A stretch of 64,000 bases of DNA from Paraspadella gotoi (lineage: Eukaryota; Animalia; Chaetognatha): assembly GCA_051294375.1 (NCBI GenBank), contig CM119264.1:28119905-28183904 (forward strand), in the 5' to 3' direction. A program made the translations under genes and the position numbers. Position 1 is the first letter of the stretch. Each line of letters starts with the position of its first letter. The notes below the pieces were generated by a model. It ran no database searches. It had not been told where the DNA came from and saw only the letters and a list, made by a program, of their open reading frames with translations. This document shows, piece after piece, positions 1-14,170 of the stretch.

Positions 1-588
1 TCTTTTTCTCTTTCCTTTCTTTCTTTCTCTTTTTCCTCTTTTCTTCCTTTCTCTTTTCCACCTTCCTTTTTTCTTTTTCCTTCTTCTTTCTTCTTTTTCT
101 CTTTCTTCCTTTCCTTTCTCCTTTTTTTTCTTCCTCTTTTCTTTTTCTTTCTTTCTTCTTTTTCTCTTTTTCCTTCCTTTCTCTTTCCTTTTCCCTTTTT
201 CTTTCTCTTTTCTTTCTTTTTTTTTTTCTTTTTTCTTTTCTTCCCTTTCTCTTTCCTCCACCTTCTTTTTTTTCTCTTTTTCTTTTCTTTTCTTTTTTCC
301 ACCTTCCTTTTCTTTTTCCCTCTCTTTTTTCTTCTTTTTTCCTCTTTTTCTTTCTTCCTTTCTTCTTTTCCACCTTCCTTATTTTCTTTTTCCTCTCTTT
401 CTTTCTTCTTTTTCCCTCTTTCTCTTTTTTTCTCTCTTCCTGCCATCTTCCCCCTGCCGCCTTCCCACAAATGAAATTGAAAACGTCCACGAGGGGCGAC
501 GTAATCTTTTTTGTTTTGTTTTTCCTACTCTCTCTCTCTCTCTCTCTCTCACTCTCTCTCACTCTCACTCTCACTCTCTCTCTCTCTC

Positions 589-622
<34 letters not shown>

Positions 623-1566
623 AGGGAGACGAGATTAACCCGGTTTTTCTTAATTGAAAACTTTATTAAGGGAAATTAGAAAAACGACAAAAGAAAGAAA
701 AAAAATCCGGAACCTGATTGTGGTTTTTTTGTTTTTTGTTTTGTTTTGTTTTGTTTTGCGTCGTCGTCGTCGTTGTTCCCTTTTTGGTTGGCGACCCTCA
801 TGGCCTTCATCGAATGTCAAGTCGTAAGGGGCCGACGGAACTAAACGAAGAAATAAAATAGAAAATTAAATGAATTAATTTGAAAATTATGAAGTGACTG
901 TTAGATTGGAGCTCTGGGGAACGAAAACGTTATTTGAGTGAACAAACAAGGATATTCAGACGAGAGATAATATGATTATTTTTTTTTTTCTGAAATAAAA
1001 GAGACAAAAAATATTTTGCTCCTATTGTTTGGGAAAAAGTATCATAAAATGCAATATATTTATAGTAATATCATTATAAAATTATAAATTTCAAAACATT
1101 TTTGAAAATTTTTATTACAGATTCCGATTCTTAATAAAAAGTTAAACCAAAAACATGTTATTAAAAATTCCCATGTCTTCAGACTATAGTCTAAATTTAG
1201 AGTACATTGTGAAGGCATTTGCGGATTTATATTACGAAAAACAATTGAACTAAAGTGTTACGAACTGCAGCTTACAAACGTATAAACGTATAAATATAAA
1301 TTATAATTATAAACGTACAAACGTTTAAAAAAAATCTTAATTTTTCTTGTTCGATATCACGTTGTAACGATACAATGTAACTTACCCTGTTACGTCATCG
1401 ATTTCAACGCAAATTTTCTTTCAACCATCCTCTTCCAATTGTTATTGTTCTGTCCTCTGCTTAAAATTATTAGACCTTTTATTAAATTGCCCATTTTAAG
1501 AAGGACCACCACTTTTCTCCCTATCTCTCTCTCTCTCTCTCNNNNNNNNNNNNNNNNNNNNNNNNN

Positions 1567-1640
<74 letters not shown>

Positions 1641-2530
1641 GGAGAAAAGTGGTGGTCCTTCTTAAAATGGGCAATTTAATAAAAGGTCTAATAATTTTAG
1701 CAGAGGACAGAACAATAACAATTGGAAGAGGATGGTTGAAAGAAAATTTGCGTTGAAATCGATGACGTAACAGGGTAAGTTACATTGTATCGTTACAACG
1801 TGATATCGAACAAGAAAAATTAAGATTTTTTTTAAACGTTTGTACGTTTATAATTATAATTTATATTTATACGTTTATACGTTTGTAAGCTGCAGTTCGT
1901 AACCACTTTAGTTCAATTGTTTTTCGTAATATAAATCCGCAAATCATTCATCACAATGTACTCTAAATTTAGACTATAGTCTGAGACATGGGAATTTTTA
2001 ATAACATGTTTTTGGTTTAACTTTATTAAGAATCGGAATCTGTAATAAAAATTTTCAAAAATGTTTTGAAATTTATAATTTTATAATGATATTACTATAA
2101 ATATATTGCATTTTATGATACTTTTTCCCAAACAATAGGAGCAAAATATTTTTTGTCTCTTTTATTTCAGAAAAAAAAAAATAATCATATTATCTCTCGT
2201 CTGAATATCCTTGTTTGTTCACTCAAATAACGTTTCGTCCCAGAGCTCCAATCTAACAGTCACTTCATAATTTTCAAATTAATTCATTTAATTTTCTATT
2301 TTATTTCTTCGTTAGTTCCGTCGGCCCCTTACGACTTGACATTCGATGAAGGCCATGAGGGTCGCCAACCAAAAAGGGAACAACGACGACGACGACGCAA
2401 AACAAAACAAAACAAAACAAAAAAAAAAAAAACCACAATCAGGTTCCGGATTTTTTTTCTTTCTTTTGTCGTTTTCTAATTTCCCTTAATAAAGTTTTCA
2501 ATTAAGAAAAACCGGGTTAATCTCGTCTCC

Positions 2531-2568
<38 letters not shown>

Positions 2569-2590
2569 GAGAGAGAGAGAGAGTGAGAGT

Positions 2591-2630
<40 letters not shown>

Positions 2631-3300
2631 GAAAAAAAAAACAAAAGATTACGTCGCCCCTCGTGGACGTTTTCAATTCATTTGTGGGAAGGCGGCAGGG
2701 GGAAGATGGCAGGAAGAGAGAAAAAGAGAAAGAGGAAAAAGAAGAAAGAAAGAGAGGAAAAAGAAAAAAGGAAGGTGGAAAGAGAAAGGAAGAAAAAGAG
2801 AAAAGAGAAAGAAAGAGAGGAAAAGAAAAAGGAAGGTGGAAAAGAGAAAGGAAGAAAAAGAGAAACAGAAGAAAGAAAGAGAGGAAAAGAAAAAGGAAGG
2901 TGGAAAAGAGAAGAAAGAAAAAGAGAAAAAAGAAGGTGGAAAAGAGAAAGGAAGAAAAAGAGAAAAGAAAAAATAAGAAAGGAAAGAGAAAAAGGAAGGT
3001 GGAAAAGAGAAAGGAAGAAAAGAGAAAAAGAAGAAAGAAAGAGAGGAAAAAGAAAAGGAAGTGGAAAAGGAGAGGAAGAAAAGAGAAAAAAGAAAGAAAG
3101 AGAGGAAAAAGAAAAAAGGAAGGTGGAAAAGAGAAAGGAAGAAAAAGAGAAAAAGAAGAAAGAAAGAAAGGAAAGAGAAAAAGAAGGTGGAAAAGAGAAG
3201 GAAGAAAAAGAGAAAAGAAAAAATAAAGAAAGGAAAGAGAAAAAGGAAGGTGGAAAGAGAAAGGAAGAAAAAGAGAAACAGAAGAAAGAAAGAGAGGAAA
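1..3300. repeat. Large inverted duplication (palindrome) centred on the N-gap 1542-1566
   Basis: About 441-1525 is the reverse complement of about 1635-2715 (e.g. 1391 tacgtcatcgatttcaacgc vs 1750 gcgttgaaatcgatgacgta), with small indels. The TC-rich 1-440 mirrors the GA-rich 2710-3300. Confidence 0.95.
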
Positions 3301-3853
3301 AAGAAAAAAGGAAGGTGGAAAAGAGAAAGGAAAGAAAAAGAGAAAAAGAAGAAAGAAAGAAAGGAAAGAGAAAAAGAGGTGGAAAAGAGAAAGGGAAGAA
3401 AAGAAAAAGAAAAAAGAAAGAAAGGAAAGAGAAAAAGGAAGGTGGAAAAGAGAAAGGAAGAAAATGGAAGAAGTAAGAAAGAAAAAGGCGAGCGCTTCAC
3501 GAGATTTGTCACTGAGGTCCAAATTTTAATTTATTGTACTGGTTAATTACTTAACAAATAAACAATTACTCCAAGTCTGGGAGTTGTCCTTCTCTCTCTC
3601 TCTCTCCTCTGCCTTTCTCGAACTCAATTTCTTTTAGAAGCACTTGTTTTGCTTTGACTTTTGTTAATATCATTAAAGAATAATAAAAGCTTTAAAATGA
3701 GATTAGTTTTTAACCTTTTATTTTACTTTTTTTCATTTTTTTTTCTTATTCGTTTTATGGTTGATGCGTTGCTTAAGTTCATGAGTGAATTAGGAAGCGA
3801 CAATTATACTGTATCCTTCCTTTAACTATTTTTCTTTTGCTTTCTTATCCTTT

Positions 3854-3944
<91 letters not shown>

Positions 3945-4291
3945 CTGATAATATTCATCCAACGTTCGGTTCTCAACCCAAAAAAACCCAAAGTATTAAA
4001 AATAAAGAAATGTTTCCCTTTCTTCTTCCTTTGAAAATTTCCAACTTCTGTCGTTTATCTCAATTAAGAAGGAAATAAAGTCGACATTATATTCTTTTCC
4101 CAAAATATTAAAACTTTGATTAAAACTTTAAAAATAACAAAAAGAAAACACACGACGTTTAAATATAAAAACTAAAAAACTTCAAGAACGCTGACAAAAA
4201 AAATTACGTTTAATGTTAACTTCAAGTTTTCAAGGCGACAATCAACAGACAAGAAAATATTTTTTTTTCATTCTGAAAAGATAAAAAGTTT

Positions 4292-4528
4292 GGCTCTATT
4301 TTCCGAAAGCGCCCCTGTTCTGTTTCTAATCCCTGAACTCTCAAATATCTAACCTAAATTTCATACTCTAATTTCACAACAAAATCATTAACCTATTTGT
4401 TAATCTTCACTCCCAACCCTAAATATTAATACTTAAACCTAATCCTTAATAAAATCTAAACAAATCTTCAAACCTAAATACTAATTCTAAATTTAACCTG
4501 AAATGGGATTCTTTTGGAAATAAAAGCC
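4292..4528. mobile_element. MITE with ~28-bp imperfect TIRs and a degenerate (TAACCC)-like interior, copy 1
   Basis: Left end ggctctattttccgaaagcgcccctgttc, right end gaaatgggattcttttggaaataaaagcc; aagttt flanks both sides (possible 6-bp TSD). Confidence 0.6.
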
Positions 4529-5507
4529 AAGTTTTCCAGAGCCTCATTTCGCCTCTTGTCGTCACCTCAAAGAATAAACAAAAACCAATGAACTTTTTTT
4601 ATTTTTTTATTTTCAAGTTGACAACTTGTTTACACTAAGAAATAATAAGAATATTGTTACAAATATTTCACATTTTTCTCACTTTTTTTCCGCCGCATTT
4701 TTTTTTAGTAATTACTTCTAATTTAGTAGATATCTTGTACATATAATGTTCTATATTAATTATATTGATTATTTTTTTATCAATTTTAAAGCCTTAAATA
4801 TTTTCTTGGGAGTCGAGCGTCCAAACACAATCGCTCTTGTCCACCTCGACCGCGCAGCTTAATTGACTGTCGTCGTCGTCGTCTTCGTCGTCGTCGTCGT
4901 CTTCGTCGTCGTCGTCGTCGTCGTCATTGTCGTCGTTTTCCTTTGCTTTCCATCACGACTCATTCGAGTTTCATTTTTTGCTCTCTCTACTTTCGCTTTC
5001 AATTTTATAAAAATTTTCATCGATTTTCGTTACAAGATTCGACTTCGAAAATTGAAAAAAGAACCCGACGGCCGAAAAGGAAAAAGTTTTCTTCGTCGCG
5101 CGAGCGAAATAAAAGATTGTTGTTGTTGTTGTTGTTGTTGTAGTTGTTGTTGTTGTTGTTGTTGTTGTTGTTGACGTAGTCTTGGTCGTCAATAATTTCG
5201 TAATTATTTTATTTCATTTTGACGTCATAGCAAATTAACGATTTTTTATTCTTTTTTTTTCTATTTTAATTTCTTTTTTTTTAATCTTCAATTTTCTTTG
5301 TGAAATTCGATTCACATTTTCTTTCACTGTCGATAAATTGATCTTCTTCGTCTCTCGTTCCACAATTATTTGTTTTCTCTTCGTCGTCGTCGTCGTCGTC
5401 GTCGTTCTCGTCGTCGTCGTCGTCGTTCTCGTCGTAGTTGTCGTCGACGTCATCCTTATCGTCGTCATCTCTGTCGCCGGATTTATCGAGTCATCGTATA
5501 TTTCTTT

Positions 5508-5552
<45 letters not shown>

Positions 5553-6111
5553 TCTTTCCGTCATCGGGTTCCACCCTCTCCTTCTGTTACCAGTCAACGT
5601 CTCCTGTCTCTCTTTTCTTTTCTTTTCTTTTCTTTTCTTTTCTTTTCTTTTCTTTTCTTTTCTTTTCTTTTCTTTTCTTTTCTTTTCTTTTCTTTTCTCT
5701 CATTTATTTTTCTTTTCTTTTCCATTTATTTTTCTTCTTCCTTTTCTTTTCTTTTCTTTTTTTTCACTCTTCTTTCTCTTCTATTTTTCTTTTCTTTTCC
5801 CGAATCTTTCTTTTAGCCTCTTCCTTTTCTTTCTTTTCCTTCTCTTTTCCTTATCTTCCTCTCCTCTCTTTCTTCAATTTTCTCATCGCCTCCTCTTTTC
5901 CTCCTCTACTAATTTCTTTTCTTTTCTTTCCTCCGTTCACATTCTCTTTTCCTCCTTTATTTTCAACGATAAATTTCTGTTTTTCTTTTTTTCCTTCTTA
6001 AGCTTTTTCCTCCGAAGTTGAAAGCGATAAACCCACGATTTACTTTCGCATCGATCACGATCTCTCTCTCTCTCATCTCATCTCTCATCTCTCTTCTCTC
6101 TTTCTTTCTAG

Positions 6112-6169
<58 letters not shown>

Positions 6170-6363
6170 GCCCAACCCATTCCCGACCCGTTTTCTTATC
6201 CCCTCCCTCCGAATTTCTTAATCTCCAAAACTTTCCCTTTTTTTTTCCTCTCAAATTTCCTTTTTTTCTTTTTTTCTTTTTTTTTTATCTCGATGACGTC
6301 AACTTTTCTTTTGTCTCATTTTGACGAAATCGGATCCCGTATCACTCGACGGAGACCGAGTCG

Positions 6364-6660
6364 CTTTTGTGACGGTCACACGCCGAAGATTCCACGCTTT
6401 GACGTCGCACTTTTGCCACGGTCACACGGACAAGATGTCCCTGTTTGACGTCTCCCTTTTGCCACGGTCACACGGCAAAGATAACACGGTTTGACGTTAC
6501 ATTTTTGCCACCGTCGCACGCCGAAGTTGTCACAGTTTAACATTCCCTTTTTACCTCAGTCAAACGTTTGTGTCACGGTGAAGCGTCACCTTTGTCACGG
6601 TCAAATTCCACGTTTGTCACGGTCAAACGTCACCGTCTTCAGTCTTTGTTTGACGTCGCG
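6364..6660 (+). repeat. Degenerate ~45-bp minisatellite (tttgccacggtcacacgg...tttgacgt)
   Basis: Repeated ttt(g)(c/t)cacggtca and tttgacgt cores at a regular spacing. Confidence 0.7.
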
Positions 6661-6722
6661 AAGCGAAAAATCCACTGATTAATTTTTTGCTGACTTCATT
6701 CGAGGTGGCGTTTTTGTCTCTT

Positions 6723-6756
<34 letters not shown>

Positions 6757-6845
6757 CGTTGTTGTTGTTGCTGTTGTTGTCGTCGTCGTTGTCGTCGTCG
6801 TTACGGTCGATTCTAACGTCTCTGAGATAATTATTCTGAGAGGAG

Positions 6846-6935
<90 letters not shown>

Positions 6936-7184
6936 CATTTATTATTTCAGTATTATTAATATTATTATTTAAAAATTGTTACTGCATCACCACGAATAGA
7001 ATTTAACAAAGTCGAATTCACTCTTTTCATGCTTTACTTTTTATTGCGAGACATAAAATCTTAAACTCTTCAACCTTAAACCCTAAAACCTTTTTATCTT
7101 TAAACGCGAAACATCTTGAACTCGGAAGGACTTGTCACCGCAAAAGGAGGGATTTCTTATTTATCAATAAACGGCGCTATTTCT

Positions 7185-7372
7185 AACTATGATATGTCTT
7201 TATAATCAATGTGCTTGAGCCTAAGAACTATCTTATTTTCGCCTGTTACTATGTATTTCTTGTTACTATGATACGCTTTTGCAATCAATGTGCTTGAGCC
7301 TTAAAACTATCTGTTTATATCTTGTTATTAATTATTTCTTGTAACTATGATATTTCTTTGCAATCAATATGC
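7185..7372 (+). repeat. ~80-bp tandem repeat x3 (ctatgata...aatcaatgtgcttgagcct)
   Basis: Cores at about 7187, 7266 and 7345. Confidence 0.75.
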
Positions 7373-8107
7373 TAGATTGCTTCTTGCTTCATTTCTAAAC
7401 GGTCACTTTATTATCAGCTTCCTTGTTAACGTCATCTTGATCAAATTTGCGGTGACGACTGACCGACCGCCATCTGTTTGTCGTCAAAATCACGGTTGCC
7501 CTCATCGACGAAAAGGCAATGAAATTCCAAATTAGGCAGCGGAGTCTCAGAAACGGATATTTCCCAATCTTACTGAAGAATCTTTGGTGAAAGTTGCGCA
7601 ACATTTTCTATACGAATGGAAAACGTTGCACATCGATAAAGCATTTGACATTATTCATTATTCACCTTTACGGCAAAATGCAAAGACCAATTTATTGATA
7701 TTAGAGAAACAAAAAGCGTTCGTCAAAAGGATTTTTTGAGGAGGGGCAGCTGCGGCTTAAAACTTTCACTTTTCCGCCTTTAAATTTTAATTAGGATAAT
7801 TAGCTTGAGGTATTTTTTTTATAAATCAAACGTTTCCCTTTCTATTTATATATTTTGTATTGTTTACTGTATTAATCGTTTTAAATGTATATATAATTGC
7901 AAGTTTCTATATCATTAACTTCATATTAATAAAAACAATTCGTTGAATCTTCTTTTCCTCTCCAGAATTTTTTTCTCTTCAATATTTTTTCCCAAACGAC
8001 GTCCGACCTTTTCGAATTTTTTTCCCTTTTTTTCGGTTTTAATGAAAGAATTTGCTTTTTGTTCGTTAGTAATTAGCGAATTACTTTGAATTTATCCTCG
8101 GATGGAT

Positions 8108-8229
<122 letters not shown>

Positions 8230-9066
8230 CGGTTTCTTGTCTTTAGTCGTCGGTTTGTAATCGATTTTGATAAACGAGAAAAGATGATAAGAAGATGAAA
8301 CTAAAAGGATAATTTGTTAATGAAAAGGGATTAATCTATAAATGGATTTTTTTACGTAATGAAATGACAACCAATCAAAAAAACGAGACAACGGTTCCGT
8401 TGCGTCCAAAGAAGACAAATATTGTATGTATAAATAAGTACTATTTAACTTATCAACTTGGAAAAACTTTCCCCTACATGAAATAAATCAAAAGGATTAC
8501 TCTAGTTCATCACGTTATCATCGAGGATCGCTCTTCTGTTTCACAGTTTCGGTGAGTGTCACTAAATGGATGAAGAGATTCGTGAAAGGATTTGTCTTTT
8601 CATCTCAACTCCGAATTAGAATAGAGATAGTCTTTGATCTCTCCGAGGTCCGAACTCTCACAAACCTCACTTCCTACTTGTCACACCTTAGATCTTCTAA
8701 CTTGTCACTTCTCACTCCATACTCTTCATTCCTCACCCGTATATTTTCACTTCTCACTTCTCAATCCGCACTTTTCACTTCTTCTTTCCTCTTCTCTCCT
8801 GTTTCACTTCTCACTCCTAATTTCTCTCTCATCACTTCTCACTTCTCACTCCTCACCTCAACCTCACCATTCTCCCACCACCCCAACCTCATCTAGATTC
8901 CCCCTTAGCCCAACCACCGCCGCATCGACGCTCACCAAACACAATCGCCCAACCCTAACAAAAAGAAATTTCCTCATCCACTTTTTGTTCGGGTGAGTTC
9001 ACAGATTCGAGGCGCTCTTTGTGAGATCGACTTCGCTGAAAAAGAAGCTGGCCTCTTCCTCATTGA

Positions 9067-9125
9067 GATCGTCACGTGATCGTCACGTGATCGGCACGTG
9101 ATCGGCACCTGATCGTCACGTGATC
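9067..9125. repeat. 11-bp tandem repeat (gatcg[t/g]cacgt)x5 producing four CACGTG E-boxes
   Basis: gatcgtcacgtgatcgtcacgtgatcggcacgtgatcggcacctgatcgtcacgtgatc. Confidence 0.85.
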
Positions 9126-9443
9126 AACGCGCACCATTAAATCTTCTATCTTCTAGTCTTTATCTCCCGATCGTCTCGTCCTCTCTTGTCCACGAGCGAA
9201 ACGACGAAGACGACGACAACAACGACGACAACAACGACGACAACAACGAAGACGACGACGACAACGGAGACGACGACGAAGACGACGATGAAGACGACGA
9301 CAACGAAAGCGAAAACAAAGACGAGGACAACAAGGAATACAACGACAACGACGACAACAACGACGACAACAACAACGACGACGACGACGACTACGATGAT
9401 AACCTCGACGACCGCAACCAAATGTGTAACCCTGATCGATATT

Positions 9444-9553
<110 letters not shown>

Positions 9554-10025
9554 CTTTCGCTTTCACAAACGAAACAGCTGACCACCCCCGTCAGTTGTTT
9601 GCTATGAGAGGAGGAAGAGAAGGATGAGGGAGAGAGGAGGAGGAGGAGGAGGAGGAGGATGAGGAGGAGGAGGGGGAAGTTGCCCTAAAAGGGTAAGAGG
9701 CAAGATCGCGATATTGTTTGTGAAGAAAAAGATTCCTCGAATCTTTTATCGCCTCCTTTTCTTCAAGTATAGAATTCTGTCGGGATGGATAACATTTATT
9801 TCGCTAAAAAATAACCGAATTGGTTAATTAATTCGCTTTTTTTTTTCAACACAAAAAAAAAAATACATTCGAAACATAAATTTATACTAAAAACTCGTTT
9901 TAATGTTTTCGACGAAAGATTTCTTCTTTTTTTTTTCAATGGAGTTTATTACTTTTCCGTTTTCGCCGACGTCGTATCGAAAAAAAAACAATTTTTTTTT
10001 TAATTTGATTTCATACAAAAATATT

Positions 10026-10309
10026 GGGCACTATTTCCCGGAATGGCCCAATTTCTGAATTTAATTTTAGCCCTAATAATTAACCTTAATCTTTAACCCT
10101 GATATAATTCATATCTCTAATTTTTAATTAGCTCTTATCTCTTAACCCTAAACTATTTTTCATAACTATTTTCATAAAAGCCATTTCTCTAACCATATCC
10201 CAAACCTATTCCATAAGCTAATCCTTACCCTATTCTAATTATTAAAACAAAAAATAACCTTAATTCGAAATTAATGCTGAAAGGGGGCACTTTCCGAAAA
10301 GAAGGTCCA
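10026..10309. mobile_element. Same MITE family, copy 2
   Basis: gggcactatttcccggaatggcccaatttc ... taaccct/aacctta-rich interior ... gaaagggggcactttccgaaaagaaggtcc. Confidence 0.5.
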
Positions 10310-11520
10310 AAAATGAAAGGCGAAGAAATTTAAAACTAAATCCTTTCAATTTCTTTCTTTCTTTTTTTTTTATTCCGGAATCATTTTCGCGTTCGATAAA
10401 AAAATCGTCGAAACATATTTTCGATTTTCCTTCAATTTACGTGTTTTTTTTTTCAAATTTCCTTTCTTCTTTTCTCGTCGTCAGTTTATTTTTCTTTTTT
10501 TTTCTTTTTCGTTTTAATTTATCTTTTATTTTTCTAGTTTTTTCTTCTTTTCGGAAGGAGACCAGAGACTGATCCGCCTTCATAACCGATATTTATTTAG
10601 TTTTAGCTTTTTACTTTTGTTTTCTCTTTCTTTTTTTTTCTCTTCTGAATTCTTTGTTTGCTTCTTTTTTTCTTTCCTTCGTGATTTTTTTTCTTTCTTT
10701 CTTTCTTTCTTTTTTTTCTCTATTTCTTTTTTCATTTTTTGTCTTTTTCTTTCCCTCTTTATTTTCTTTTCTTTCTTTCTTTTTCTTTTTTTTATCTCTT
10801 TACTTCTTTCTTTCCTTTTTTATCTTCTTAAATCTTTGTTTGCCTCTTTCATTTCTTACTATCTTTCTTTCTTTTTTCATTTTTTTTCTTTCCCTCTTTC
10901 TTATCTTTCTATCTTTCTTTTTTTCTCATTTTTTTTCATTCTTTCACTCTATAATTCTTTATCTGTCTCTTTATTTATCCTTTTTCTATCTTTCTCGTTC
11001 TTATTTTTTTCTTTCCCTATTTTTTTCGTTCTTTCTCTCTTTATTTTCTTCTCTCCTTCTTTCTCTTTATTTTCTTCTCTCCTTCTTTCTCTTTATTTTC
11101 TTCTCTCCTTCTTTCTCTTTATTTTCTTCTCTCCTTCTTTCACTCCTTATTTCTTTCTCCATTTATTCTCTCTTTCCATCTTTCTTTCCTTCTTTAAATC
11201 TTTCTTTCCTTCCCTTCAGGATTCCCTATCCGTCATTCCCTCTTACCCTAAAGACTCCAAATTGACAGTTCGGTATTTAAACCTTTTTTTTAAACATTTA
11301 TAATCAAATTAAGTCTTCGGAAATAAAAAAAACCTCAGTCTCTCTCTTCGTACAATTTCCTCTTTCGATTCTCTTAGTATGCATTTTTGTTTATCCGGAA
11401 ACTTTTTCTCGTTTCCGGGTTTTTTTCTCTTTTTGTTCGTAATTTAATCATTAAAAATGTTTGTTTTTCTTCGTCAAGGATTTTCTACTCTTGAGAAGAG
11501 AATTCTGAGAGAGAGAGAGA

Positions 11521-11614
<94 letters not shown>

Positions 11615-12284
11615 ACACCCGAGATTTTTTGTTCATGTTTCCTCTGTTTTAATAGAACGGAAAAGGGGGTTTACTCTTCCTTAAATTCCCTCTTCCCCCC
11701 CCGCCCAACTCCGCCCCCCTTTCAAAAATCCCACCTGCCCTCCGCCCTTCTGAGTTTGTTTATTTATTGTGATGAGAAGTTCCTCGTTCGAATCTCTCCG
11801 GAAGCGATTTTTTTTTTGTTGCGGTTTTATTTCTCCTTCGATCGTTTGTGATCGTCCGCGCCCTAAAGAGACCGTCGTGATCGTCGTGGTCGTCGTCGTC
11901 GTCGTCGTCATTGTCCTTTTATTATTCGAGATTTCCTTCTGTTTTCCTCGTTTGTTGCGTCGATGATCTTTTGTTCGGGGAAAACAACTGAACATCGGAC
12001 CAAAATCGACCCTTTTTTTATTTTTCCTCGATCTCATCGTCTCTTTCGTCGTCGTCTTTATTATCGTCGTCGTCGTCGTCGTTTAATCGGGTTCGAATGT
12101 TCCTCCGTGAGTCTTTTCACGACTTTTCGCCAAAAGTCTCACCGAAAAACCGACTCACAAAGAGAAAGGGGGAAGTGAAAGAGAAGGAAAAGGGAATGAG
12201 GATGTGAGGAAAGTGGGAGAAGGGGGAATATGAAGAAATCGGGATAAGGGAGAGGGAAGGGAGAGAGAGAGAGAGGGAGAGACG

Positions 12285-12322
<38 letters not shown>

Positions 12323-12736
12323 CAGATAGAGGGGTCAGAGAAAAGGTTTGAATCGTGAAATAAATACGAAAACGAAAACAGAATTGAGTAATTAAGAAAG
12401 ATTTAATTGATTTAATTAAGATTTAAATTTAATTTAAATTTAATTAAGGTAAAAAATCGCGAGAGATAAAAATCTGAAATGTTAAGAATTGAATTGAACT
12501 GAAGCGAACTAGTATAAAAGATATTTTTTAAAAATTATTACTTTTACTGTATTATTATTTTATTATGATTTTTTAGTCGATTGATCGATCTATTATTAGC
12601 AATCATATTCGGCCAAGTCGACATTCCGATCGAAAATGCGAGACGTTGAAGAAGTTCCGAGTCCGTAGATATTTTGACCCTAAATTAAAGAGGTTAGGAA
12701 AATAATGAATCGACGAAACTGAATAGAACGGGAAGC

Positions 12737-13000
12737 AATCAATCAGTCAATCTATCAATCAAATCAATCTATCAGTCAAATCAATCAATCAGATCAATAA
12801 AATCAAATCAATAAAATTAATCAATTCACTCAATTCAATCATGTCAATCAAATCAATCAAATTAATCAAATCAATCAAATCAATCAAATCAATCAAATCA
12901 ATCAAATCAATCAAATCAATCAAATCGATCAAATCGATCAAATCGATCAAATCGATCAAATCAATAGAATCAATAAATAAAATCCATCAATCGATCAAAT
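12737..13000 (+). repeat. (AATCA)n/(AATC)n microsatellite
   Basis: Directly visible array. Confidence 0.9.
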
Positions 13001-13855
13001 TAATCACACAAACACCTTAATATTTCGATTTCGATCGACCGAGTCGGTCAAGAGTCAAGGGCTTCATGAACCAAGCTCAATTTGGTAAAACACGTTGAAT
13101 GTGGTTGGGGAAACATATATGCGTGTGGCCCAAACTCTGTTAGTGTGGTTGATAAGTGAGAACATTTAGAAATAAAACAACACTTACCCCCCCCCCAAAA
13201 AAAAAATGAAAACATTTGTCAATGGACCTTAGACATTAACTAGTCCCGATGTTTTAAAGATGTTTCGACAAAACAACTTCTGAGCTCAAAGGAAAACTTT
13301 GTCTCAGGACGACGAGTTAATTTTTAAACGTCAAAAAAACGACCTCTTTAAAAATGATTTATGAGTTTAGTAATTTTTTTGAGTTTCTTTAAGTCAAAAA
13401 CAAAAGACAAATTGAAAAGCGACTTTGCATTCGAGAGAAGTTTGTTTCCCAATGAGGAAATCCTCATTGGATAATTTTAATAATAATAATAATAAGTTTG
13501 TTCCTCAATGAGGAAATCCTCTTTGAATAATTCCTTTTTTATTCAAACGTGTAAAAGCTAAGTTCATATTTTTAATTTAGTTATTATCTATTTTGTTCAT
13601 CAATTTTTTTTGTTTTATTCATTTTAGCTCGACCATTTTGTTTTTGGACTTGTTTTTGACTTTATCACATGTTTTTGTTCTCGGTCAAACACTTTGTTTT
13701 GTTTTTTTTGTTTTTTTTGTATTCTGCTTTGCATTTTTGTTTCTTTTTTTCAGGTTTTCGTACTCTTGTCTTTTACACCGATTCCTCTTTTTCGTGTTCT
13801 TGTACTCAACTTCCGACTTTTCGACTTTTTTAACTTTTTTTTCTCAAATCTCGAC

Positions 13856-14170
13856 AGAAGAAGATGAGTCATCTTCCTTTCAAAATCCCCCAGGGAGTCT
13901 CTCTCTCTCTCTTTGGGAGACCAAACTCTTCAGGTGGAAGATGAGAAGATGAAGATGAAGAAGAAGAAGAAGATGAAGATGAAGAAGATACGAGAGAGAG
14001 ATCCCCAGGGAAGTCTTCTCTTTCTCTTCTGGGAGACCAAACCTCTTCAGGTGGAAGATGAAGAAGATGAAGAAGAAGAAGAAGATGAAGAAGAAGATGA
14101 GTCATCTTCCTTTCAAATCCCCAGGGAGTCTCTCTCTCTCTCTTTGGGAGACCAAACTCTTCAGGTGGAC
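13856..14170 (+). repeat. Compound tandem repeat, ~120-bp period (ccccagggagtctctctc...gggagaccaaactcttcaggtgga plus GAA/GAT runs)
   Basis: Three cores near 13888, 14003 and 14119; the array runs into an N-gap. Confidence 0.85.

Noticed and set aside
13856-14170. Repeat cores separated by variable segments
   Set aside because: The separators are GAA/GAT microsatellite runs, so this is a compound tandem repeat and not an array of unique spacers.
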